Positions 54,945 through 64,000 of a stretch of 64,000 nt of DNA are shown piece by piece; position 1 is the stretch's first letter; each line of letters opens with the position of its first letter. The notes under the pieces were generated by a model. It made no database searches, was not told the origin of the DNA, and saw only the letters and a program-made list of their open reading frames with translations. The position numbers and the translations under genes are program-made. The stretch comes from Lingula anatina (lineage: Eukaryota; Animalia; Brachiopoda): the NCBI GenBank assembly GCA_051362555.1, contig CM120645.1, positions 15,500,001-15,564,000 on the forward strand, in the 5' to 3' direction.

Positions 54945-56350
54945 GGATGAAGTTTATGAAGTTTTGTGGCGGGGGAGTCAAATTTTCATGGGGGAGTCAG
55001 ATTTTCATTATGTGCACATTATTAATTTTCTCTTTTTTTCATTAAAATTTTCACTGCAAACTACAAAAAATGTGCCAATGTATCAACCATTTTACATACT
55101 ACAAGATCACAGTCATATACTCAAAATAAAATAAGTTTTATGAAGTTTTGTGGAGGGGGAGTCAAATTTTCATGGGAGAGTCAGATTTTCATTATGTGCA
55201 AATTTTTAATTTTCTTATTTTTTCATTAAAATTTTCACTGCAAACTACAAAAAATGTGCCAATGTATCAACTATTTTACTTACTACAAGATCAGAGACAT
55301 ATACCCAAAACAAAATAAGGTTTATGAAGTTTTATGATGGGAGAGTCAAATTTTCATGGGGGAGTCAGATTTTCATTATGTGCACATTATTAATTTTCTC
55401 ATTTTTTCATTAAAATTTTCACTGCAAACTACAAAAAATGTGCCAATGTATCAACCATTTCACATACTACAAGATCACAGTCATATACTCAAAATAAAAT
55501 AAGTTTTATGAAGTTTTGTGGAGGGGGAGTCAAATTTTCATGGGGGAGTCAGATTTTCATTATGTGCTCATTTTTAATTTTCTTATTTTTTCATTAAAAT
55601 TTTCACTGCAAACTACAAAAAATGTGCCAATGTATCAACTATTTTACTTACTACAAGATCAGAGACATATACCCAAAACAAAATAAGGTTTATGAAGTTT
55701 TATGATGGGAGAGTCAAATTTTCATGGGGGAGTCAGATTTTCATTATGTGCAAATTTTTAATTTTCTTATTTTTTCATTAAAATTTTCACTGCAAACTAC
55801 AAAAAATGTGCCAATGTATCAACTATTTTACTTACTACAAGATCAGAGACATATACCCAAAACAAAATAAGGTTTATGAAGTTTTATGATGGGAGAGTCA
55901 AATTTTCATGGGGGAGTCAGATTTTCATTATGTGCTCATTTTTAATTTTCTTATGTTTTCATTAAAATTTTCACTGCAAACTACAAAAAAATGTGCAAAT
56001 CTATCCTCCTTTTTACATACTACAAGATTACAGTCATATACCCAAAATAAAATAAGATTTATGAAGTTTTATGATGGGGGAGTCAAATTTTCACGGGGGA
56101 GTCAGATTTTCATTATGTGCACATTTTTATTTTTCTTATTTTTTCATTTGAATTTTCACTGCAAACTACAAAAAATGTGCCAACGTATCATCCATTTTAC
56201 ATACTACAAGATCACAGTCATATACTCAAATAAAATAAGATGTATGAAGTTTTGTGGAGGGGGAGTCAAATTTTCATGGGGGGAGTCAGATTTTCATCAT
56301 GAAAATCTGACTGGGGAGTCACATTTTCATGGGAGTCAGATTTTCATGTT
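54945..56350. repeat. ~184-bp tandem array (7+ units) of the Ginger subterminal region
   Basis: tttatgaagtttt...GGGAGTCAAATTTTCATGGGGGAGTCAGATTTTCAT recurs about every 184 bp. Confidence 0.92.
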
Positions 56351-56374
56351 ATACCGGGCCCAGGCTAGTATTGA

Positions 56375-57614
56375 GAGCAATATTGAAAAACACAGCTTTG
56401 TGTCTGCCAATAAGTTTCAGCCGCAGAATCAGAAGAAAAAGGTAATTATATCTGGATTAAATGCGACTAATCCTCAGAAGCCATCAAAAACTCACTGTGG
56501 TTTGAAACATCTTCTCAACATTAGAAAGCAGACAGTTTGAACTCAGTGTACATATTCTGTTGTATTATATCATTTTCCTACTTCATTACTTCATTCAGAA
56601 ACAATCATCACATTTTTAAATTATCTTTTAAATCTTAACTACTTAAAAATTGCATTTGTTGTAAACTTAAACTACCTTTGTAATAAAGTACAAAATGTAA
56701 AAAATGATAATGAAAAAAATTCAAACTATACTGCGCTACCAGTAAATGACAGTGCATTTTTTAGCTTTTTTTAATCTCAACGGTATCAAAACACTATACC
56801 TAACCTAGCATATATGGCTTTAGCTATACCTATACAAGCGGTGGACTTCAGAATGTATATACTCCATCAATTAATTTACTTTACTAAGTATATCAAGGCA
56901 ACAGCACCTGATGATGTCCAAGCTTGCGCCACACATTAGCATACATCTAACTCTTTTATCTTTGCCTTTGGGCTTTTATATCCGAACATGTGCTCATATC
57001 TGACCCAGGTAATAAGAAATGATCATTAAAATAATGACTGCGTGGAAGAAAAAACAAAATGCCTACATTTAAGAAGTTTAAAACCTATATCAATTCCTTA
57101 GCATGTAACAACTACATGTATGTTGAGCAACATTGAATTACAATGCTCTGCATCGGTAGAATCAATAAAATGTGAATCCCCATTATGAAAAAAAGTAGCA
57201 CAAAACGTCGTAATGATACAGATTAGTTTTTGTCTGGATACACGGCCCATAATACCTTAAAGGCTTGGAAATGTTTTGATTGGTTTGATTAACTATGGAT
57301 GACCAAACTGTGAAACAGTATGTGACACCGCAGGAACTGGGATTATGGTAGGAGTGTTATGTCACAGGTGTTCAGCAGGGGTTCAAGGTGATTTGCAGAG
57401 CTGTAAAAATGTAATTTATTAGGTGTTATGATTGAAGTGGCGGATTTCCATCATACCGTCCTGTTTTTATTGCAGTAGTATTATTGTGAATCTCCATGGT
57501 TAAATTATTTTTGTATATTTTCTGCAATATTTCAGTAAATCAATGTCATTTTGTTTACTGTAGAGGCTGAACGGTCCGTTTTCTAACCGATAAGCGCCAA
57601 GGGTGACCAGGGCC
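56375..57614 (+). repeat. ~1.2-kb segment, copy B
   Basis: Collinear with copy A, ending in the same ...gataagcgccaagggtgaccagggcc. Confidence 0.9.
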
Positions 57615-58152
57615 CCGTATCTCGAAAGCTTCGCTATGTTGCAAGCGGACGCGAACATGGCTATTCTGCACTATTTGCGAGTGAGATTGCACCCACCTGC
57701 TGTCTCGAAGCCTCTTTAATTCAAAAATTAAATGAGATTTATTGAAATTTAATTGAAATTCTATGAAGTTTCTAATACAAATGAGAGGTCATACGAGATT
57801 TCCGTTTTTGCGAGAGCACTTGCGCACGATAGTCACTATCTCGAGTGACCAGCACTGCATACCAGAAAATTGATGCAATTGTAATACCACTATACAATAA
57901 AAGGAATATGAAATCCTTTTCAGACAAAGTATATCCTTCTCATCCCGTTAACTAAAGGAAGATAATATAAATAATTATCTTAGGTGCATTATAAATACCA
58001 ACCCAAAAATATGGTAATGAATTGATATGATAACTTAAGTTATCTTAGGTGCATTACAAATATCAACCCATAAATATGGTTTTACATGTTACTATGTAAA
58101 CCAGGCACTGCCCCCCCCCCCCTTTTGCTGTGGAATAGGGGAGGTGGGTGGG

Positions 58153-58311
58153 CGTATGACCTCTCATTTGTATTAGAAACTTCATAGAATTTCAATTAAA
58201 TTTCAATAAATCTCATTTAATTTTTGAATTCTATTTCGTTTCTATACAAATGAGGTCATACGAGATTCCCGTTTTATGCGAGAGCATATGCGCACTTGCG
58301 CACATCTCCAC
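58153..58311. repeat. DIRS internal complementary region (ICR)
   Basis: 58153-58230 is the reverse complement of 57718-57795; 58227-58311 is the reverse complement of 62553-62637. Confidence 0.93.
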
Positions 58312-58372
58312 AGTTCGAAGCTTGCTGGTCACGAGAGCAACTTGGCTCTGAACATAGTACTACATACCTTTT

Positions 58373-59584
58373 CTAATTATTTAAAACTGCGTCAGCAAAC
58401 TCTTTCCCTTTAATGGGTTTATTATAGTACTTTGCAAAAGTCTTGCTTGAAGACCATCCAGCTGCTTTCAAAATATCATGTACGGGAACTTTTGCTCTTT
58501 CTGCTGCCGACACTGCTGCAGCTCGGGTTGAATGAGCCTTAAATGATTCCTCTACACCTGCTTGGTGCATCAATATCCGAATCCATCTGGATATTGTATC
58601 TTTTGAAACGGATGAGAAAGGTTTTCTATAACTAATAAAAAATTTTTCTTGTCCATTTCTCAATGGCTTTGTCCTTTTTAAATATTCCTTAACATATGTC
58701 AATGTACACAATCTCCTATCTGGAGGGTACGATTTAAATTGTATAGATATTGTACCAATTCCTGGTCTTGTTTGTTTCAAAGTTTCTTTTATGTTAAATA
58801 AAACATAGTTTTTGTGAAGTTCTAACTCTTGGAACTTCAGTAAATGCAACGTTTGTGCTCTCTGTGCAGATGTTAGAGACATAAGCATGACCAACTTCAT
58901 TGTTAGATCTTTCAGTGATAACTGCCTTGCTGGTGACAGTTTTCTCATGTAATATAAAACAATTGATACATCCCACACTTGTTGATATCTGGATGCAGTA
59001 GGTCGAGTGTTAAACACTCCTTTCAAAAACCTTACAATCAAAGGATGACTCCCCACTGTTGAAGCACCAATGGTAATAAATGTTGATAATGCACATCTTG
59101 CAGTGTTTATAGCACTGTAACTTGAGCCATCTTCATAGAGATGTACTAAAAAATCTAGCACATTCGCTACAGTTGGTCTATAAAAATTGACCTTCCTTTG
59201 ATTTGAAAACATTCTCCACTTTTTAATATAGACTGAATATTGGTTCTGAGTGGATTTTCTCCATGATTGAAATATGATTCCGATAGCTCTCTCTGAAATT
59301 CTATCTGATTTGAGAGTTTTCCGGATACTTTGCATGCCAACAGTTTCAAGTGATTTCCCATTGGGTGTGTCACCCCTTTCTGGTGTGGAAGTGATAATAC
59401 TGTTGTTGTTGGCGGTAACAGAATAGGGATGTCTACTAACATTTCCATTAATGGAGTGAACCATGCTTGTGTCAACCAAAAAGGTATCACAACTAAAGCA
59501 TCTGCCTGATCTTCCCGAATCTTCTTGATTATCCTGGGAATCAGGCTGAAAGGAGGAAAAATGTATGAATACATATTCTCCCAA
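58373..59584 (-). CDS. DIRS tyrosine recombinase
   Basis: SAM-like N-domain (SWRKSTQNQY..W, SYSAINTARCALS); catalytic R (SAQR), K, HSTR, W (AGW) and Y (FAKYY); overlaps the pol 3' end. Confidence 0.93.
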   Translation of the reverse strand: MGEYVFIHFSSFQPDSQDNQEDSGRSGRCFSCDTFLVDTSMVHSINGNVSRHPYSVTANNNSIITSTPERGDTPNGKSLETVGMQSIRKTLKSDRISERAIGIIFQSWRKSTQNQYSVYIKKWRMFSNQRKVNFYRPTVANVLDFLVHLYEDGSSYSAINTARCALSTFITIGASTVGSHPLIVRFLKGVFNTRPTASRYQQVWDVSIVLYYMRKLSPARQLSLKDLTMKLVMLMSLTSAQRAQTLHLLKFQELELHKNYVLFNIKETLKQTRPGIGTISIQFKSYPPDRRLCTLTYVKEYLKRTKPLRNGQEKFFISYRKPFSSVSKDTISRWIRILMHQAGVEESFKAHSTRAAAVSAAERAKVPVHDILKAAGWSSSKTFAKYYNKPIKGKEFADAVLNN

Positions 59585-61242
59585 GATATTGAAAAAGCAT
59601 TTATGTATTTAGCACCAGGTTCTGGTTTCCAAGAAGCAAATACTTCTAATTTGCTATTCAATCTTGATGCAAATAGATCTATACATGGCATACCAAATAT
59701 ATCTGTCACTTTTTTAAATATATCAATATTTAGTGACCATTCAGTTCTAATATTCACATTTCTTGATTCCCAATCTGCCTCTACATTTAATATTCCAGGC
59801 AAATATTCAGCAGTAAGCCATATGTCATTTTCAATGCATTTATTCCATATGTCTGATACTATTTCATCACAAACTGGGGATTTCAAACCTCCCATATGTG
59901 TAATGTATGCAACTGCTGTAGTATTATCAGATCTCAATAAAACTACTTTTCCTTTGATTTCTTGAATAAAGGCATGTAAAGCCATTTTTATAGCAAGCAA
60001 TTCAAATGCATTGATATTATCATGACAGAATAAAATTTCTTCTTCAGTAAAGAATCCACCAATTCTTGTATCTCTACATTTAGCTCCCCATGCTAAAGGA
60101 GTAGCATCTGATTGAATTTCAATCTGTGCATTGCCATGATAAATTTTATTTGTTGCAAACAATATATTTCTAGACCACCAGTCTAGATCTACTTTCATGT
60201 CATCTGTAATATCCATTACAGCTTCATAATCATCTTTATTTTGTTTCAATGCATTAATTTTTGCTCTCTCTAGTTTCCTATAATGCAATGGCCCGTATTG
60301 GACTCCAGGCAAACATGATATTAATATTCCTAATATTTTTGCAATTTCTCTAATAGATGCATCATCTCTTCTGATTGAATCATCAATCATTTCTTTATAA
60401 ACTTGTTTCTTTTCATTGGTCAGTTGCACAGTCATATTTTTAGAGTTTATTTTAAATCCCAAAAATACAATTTCTTGAGTTGGGATTAATGCTGACTTTT
60501 CTTCATGGATCAAAAATCCACAAGTTTTGAATAACTTAACAGTTTCTTGTACTGCCCATAGACATTCATTTTCTGAACTAGCTTGTATATAAATGTCATC
60601 TATATAAGATATCATAATAATCCCTTTCCTTCTTAAGGATGCACATAATGGCTTTAATAATTTTGTGAATGCTCTTGGAGCATCTGAATAGCCATTTGGA
60701 AGGGCAGTATACATATATAATTTATTTCTCCATTGAAATTTGAGAAACTTCTGATGCTCTTTGTAAATTCTAACCATATAATATGCATCTCGTAAATCTA
60801 TGCGTGCCATGTATGCTTTATGACACAATAAATTCAAGACTGTCTTTAAAGTATCCATTTTAAACTTATGGTACTTCATAAATTTGTTGAAAGGTTTAAG
60901 ATTTAATATCATTCTTCTTGTGCCATCTTTTTTAGGCCTAGTAAATATTGTATTGACAAATTGTCCTTCTTCATTTTGTGTTTCAACAATGACACCTTTA
61001 CATAATAATCTTGAAACTTCAAAATCAATCAATTTTCCTTCAGATTCTGTGAATCTTATTTCTCTTAATGGTGTCGTCTGTTTAGGATAATTATTATCCA
61101 CAAATTCCAATCTTAAACCTCTAACAGTCTGTAACACCCAAGCATCAGATGTCAGCAATTCCCATTGGGAAATAAACTTTGATATTCTACCAGCAATGTT
61201 ATGTTGAGGACTTACCTCAAAAATTTTCTTCAACTTTTCCAC
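59167..61242 (-). CDS. DIRS Pol: reverse transcriptase, RNase H and DNA adenine methyltransferase-like domain
   Basis: RMILNLK, IDLRDAY, LPNG..APRAFTK, YIDD, FLGF; RNase H SDA..WGA, INAFEL, SDNTTA, N..AD..SR; MT-like IDLFAS..FPPF..P.W..Q.W. The ORF starts at GTG, not ATG. Confidence 0.94.
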   Translation of the reverse strand: MEKLKKIFEVSPQHNIAGRISKFISQWELLTSDAWVLQTVRGLRLEFVDNNYPKQTTPLREIRFTESEGKLIDFEVSRLLCKGVIVETQNEEGQFVNTIFTRPKKDGTRRMILNLKPFNKFMKYHKFKMDTLKTVLNLLCHKAYMARIDLRDAYYMVRIYKEHQKFLKFQWRNKLYMYTALPNGYSDAPRAFTKLLKPLCASLRRKGIIMISYIDDIYIQASSENECLWAVQETVKLFKTCGFLIHEEKSALIPTQEIVFLGFKINSKNMTVQLTNEKKQVYKEMIDDSIRRDDASIREIAKILGILISCLPGVQYGPLHYRKLERAKINALKQNKDDYEAVMDITDDMKVDLDWWSRNILFATNKIYHGNAQIEIQSDATPLAWGAKCRDTRIGGFFTEEEILFCHDNINAFELLAIKMALHAFIQEIKGKVVLLRSDNTTAVAYITHMGGLKSPVCDEIVSDIWNKCIENDIWLTAEYLPGILNVEADWESRNVNIRTEWSLNIDIFKKVTDIFGMPCIDLFASRLNSKLEVFASWKPEPGAKYINAFSISWENMYSYIFPPFSLIPRIIKKIREDQADALVVIPFWLTQAWFTPLMEMLVDIPILLPPTTTVLSLPHQKGVTHPMGNHLKLLACKVSGKLSNQIEFQRELSESYFNHGENPLRTNIQSILKSGECFQIKGRSIFIDQL

Positions 61243-61244
61243 AT

Positions 61245-62477
61245 CTAATGATGCAGAGTTGCAGGGCAGTTTTTTAAATCCTGCTGCCTGTGATAGGTCC
61301 TAATATGACCTCTACTGGTGCCACTTCTTGCACCTCTTATGCTCTTAGGAGGAAAACTTCTTCCCCTAGCTCGCATGCTGGTTCTGCTTCCTCTTTCTCT
61401 GGGAGTCCCAGAATATGATGAACCAGTGTTTTTAAACACTTGGTGATTCATTTTGTTGACATCAGACATGTCACGGATTCTTTTTACTATTTCATCCCCA
61501 AAAAGCCTATTTGTATATGGGATGGAACTTGCACACAAATGTGAATATTGCTTATCAATGTGAGGTCTTAAAGCCTCTTTCCTTTTTGTGCAAAGTTCAA
61601 AGTTTGTGCAACCAAATGCTCGAAGTGCATTCGTAGCATCATTGATTATTTCTTCAAAATCTTCTTCTTCCAAATTTTTAGTATCTGAATCCCATTTACT
61701 AATGAGTTTGTTCATTGCAACTGCCATTGAGGAAACGCCCTTTATCAAATAATTTTGCACTCTCTGAAGCTTTAAATCTTGTGTTTTAGCATCATGACTA
61801 ATGCTAGGCCATATTTCCTCGTTAATAATAATTGGCTGCAAACCTTCACAGTTGGAAGGAGCTAAAATTTTCTCAAAAAGAGCTTTGGTCTCCTCTTCCA
61901 TTGGTTTAGACCTCATGAATGCTGTAATGTTGTCAGCTAAGGTTGTGTTAATTTCAGGCCCTTTGGGCTCAGATTTTTTAGCTGTTTCAGTCATTTTCTT
62001 CAAGACTTTCATTTTCTTTTCTGGAAGAAGTTCTTCCTCTATGTGTCTTTTACTGGTACTGGGATTTTCATTATGGGCAGTGTCTGCCATCTCGACTACT
62101 TGGTCTGAATCCCGAGCCTCACTAAGAACTGACGTGTCGTCATAAATTGGCTCTTCATAATACTCATGAGGATATTCATACCTTATTTCGTTTTTAAAAT
62201 CCTCCATTTGCTTTTGAAGATTATCTTGCATATTCTTCATTGTGCCAGCTATGAAGTCAAGTGCTGCACTAATTTTATGATCCACAGTCGTGGTATTATC
62301 GGCACTAGTGGACGCGCCATTTTCATTTTCCACATGAACGCTACTCTGCGTCAGAGTTTGAATTTCTGTTAGAAATTGTGGTGAGTCACCACTTTCTTTC
62401 GACTTCCCGTCGGAAGATTTCTTGTGGCCATGCGTATTTTTCTTAACTTTTGGTCTACTTTCGACCTTTTCAGCCAT
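61245..62477 (-). CDS. DIRS Gag-like ORF1
   Basis: ATG at 62477 (MAEKVES); PSNCEGL..INEEIW, D.KLQ..Q, R.E..RP, LFG motifs and an Arg/Gly-rich tail typical of DIRS ORF1. Confidence 0.85.
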   Translation of the reverse strand: MAEKVESRPKVKKNTHGHKKSSDGKSKESGDSPQFLTEIQTLTQSSVHVENENGASTSADNTTTVDHKISAALDFIAGTMKNMQDNLQKQMEDFKNEIRYEYPHEYYEEPIYDDTSVLSEARDSDQVVEMADTAHNENPSTSKRHIEEELLPEKKMKVLKKMTETAKKSEPKGPEINTTLADNITAFMRSKPMEEETKALFEKILAPSNCEGLQPIIINEEIWPSISHDAKTQDLKLQRVQNYLIKGVSSMAVAMNKLISKWDSDTKNLEEEDFEEIINDATNALRAFGCTNFELCTKRKEALRPHIDKQYSHLCASSIPYTNRLFGDEIVKRIRDMSDVNKMNHQVFKNTGSSYSGTPRERGSRTSMRARGRSFPPKSIRGARSGTSRGHIRTYHRQQDLKNCPATLHH

Positions 62478-63129
62478 AATATTAGAATATTCTTGAAAAT
62501 TTTTGTGCCACAATTTTTCCACGTGCCGTGCTCGCTCGACAAAAAACCGGAAGTGGAGATGTGCGCAAGTGCGCATATGCTCTCGCATAAAACGGGAATC
62601 TCGTATGACCTCATTTGTATAGAAACGAAATAGAATTATAACCAATTATAACCTCAAACTCTACTAAAGTTCGATTGCTGCATAAACTGAAGACGTCATA
62701 ACACAATTACACAAAATGTGATTTTTTTCACCAAGACGCTAATCAAGAGGTTGTTTCTATTTATAAGAATATCATAATTACAAATACTGATATTTGAAGT
62801 GTTTGACACCAATAAAATGTCAAAAAACAATTCAATAAGCGAAGCTTGGACTGACACAATTACTGACACATTGGTGAGTAGTGTCCAGTCTCACAATCAT
62901 AATAGACATTGAGGAAGGTCTCGGTGCGACCGAGTGCTTTGTTTCTGCAGACAGTCTGCTTTTTCATTTTGTGTAGAAAATGACACTTTTAAATTTATGA
63001 TTATTATCAATAGATTACACAGATGAATTACATTCATCAGAAAATATACAATGATGTATGAAATGTTTAATTTTGAAATTTTTATGCATAATAAAACATA
63101 ACTTTAGCATTCTTCACATGAATATATTA

Positions 63130-63380
63130 TTATATCTGGATTAAATGCGACTAATCCTCAGAAGCCATCAAATACTCACTGTGGTTTGAAACATCTTCTC
63201 AACATGAGAAAGCAGACAGTTTGAAGTCAGTATACATATTCTGTTGTATCATATCATTTCCCTACTTCATTTATTCATTCAGAAACAATTTGCATTTGTT
63301 GTAAACATAAGGCGCAAACGAAATAAGGTCTCCCTTCTCTTTTTGTACTACCTTTGTTAAAAATTACAAAATGTAAAAAA

Positions 63381-63468
<88 letters not shown>

Positions 63469-64000
63469 TGAGCTACCAGTAAATCACAGTGTATTTTTAG
63501 CATTTATAATCTCAACGTTATCAAAGCACTATACCTAACCTAGCATGGCTTTAGCTATACCTGTACAAACGATGGAGTTCAACATTTATTTGCTCCATCA
63601 ATTAATTTACTTTACCAAGTATATCAAGGCAACAGCACCTGATGATGTCCACGCTTGCACCACACATTAGCATACATCTAACACTCTTATCTTTGCCTTG
63701 GGGCTTTCATCGAACATGTGCTCATATATGACCCAGGTAATAAGAAATGATGATTAAAATCATTACTGCATGGAAAAAAATAAAATGCCTACATCTATTA
63801 ATTCCTCAGGGTGTGACAACTATGTTGAGCAACAGTGAATTACAATCCTCTGCATCAGTAGAAATTATACAATGTAAATCGCCATTATGAAATAAAGCAG
63901 CACGAAACATCGTAATGAAAAAGATTAGTTTTGTCTGGATACAAGGTCCGTAATACCTTAAAACCTTGGAAATATTTTGATTGGTTTGATTAACTATGGA
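63130..64000 (+). repeat. ~1.2-kb segment, copy C (runs off the window)
   Basis: Collinear with copies A and B; contains an expanded (TA)n. Confidence 0.88.

Larger units (their letters stand above)
51200..56353 (-). mobile_element. Ginger1-type DNA transposon (Gypsy-like integrase with OTU domain); left end not resolved
   Basis: Integrase without RT or gag; YPYY-like N-terminal motif; spliceosomal intron; subterminal tandem arrays; right end ...CATGTTATA followed by CCGG. Confidence 0.75.
57718..62637 (-). mobile_element. Full-length DIRS1-type tyrosine-recombinase retrotransposon
   Basis: gag, RT-RNaseH-MT and YR ORFs; imperfect inverted terminal repeats; internal complementary region 58153-58311 made of the reverse complements of both termini; AATT at both ends and at the ICR junction. 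Confidence 0.95.

Noticed and set aside
54945-56350. Regular repeat array resembling a CRISPR, and the 210-aa ORF 55908-56540
   Set aside because: The whole unit repeats with no unique spacers, there are no cas genes and the context is eukaryotic; the ORF is a by-product of the repeat
58373-59584. Phage integrase, prophage or bacterial contamination
   Set aside because: The recombinase overlaps an RT-RNaseH ORF within DIRS ITR/ICR architecture

Overview
AT-rich animal genomic DNA. It looks like an invertebrate, probably a mollusc or other lophotrochozoan; this is inferred from the gene and repeat families only. From left to right: (1) The long upstream/intronic region and 14 coding exons of an SRPK gene (SR-protein kinase, + strand, 13183-28696, about 700 aa). 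It includes a U12-type GT-AG intron and a probable GC-AG intron, and Harbinger and Helentron/HINE-type repeats lie in its introns. (2) A tandemly duplicated, multi-exon, minus-strand gene largely missed by the ORF track (31268-36076). It encodes a secreted 10-Cys Diedel/mytimycin-like peptide followed by a KKR site and an EF-hand-like extension; only one signal-peptide exon is visible for two downstream exon sets. (3) A Harbinger MITE, a frameshifted TRIM-NHL pseudogene, a Tc1 remnant and an intronless class A GPCR. (4) A triplicated ~1.2 kb segment whose copies are separated by an intron-containing Ginger-type transposon (integrase plus OTU protease) and an apparently intact DIRS1-type tyrosine-recombinase retrotransposon. 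The DIRS element shows a -1 slippery site and an in-frame splice donor/acceptor pair that together suggest how Pol and the recombinase are expressed. All calls come from manual reading; no database searches were run.
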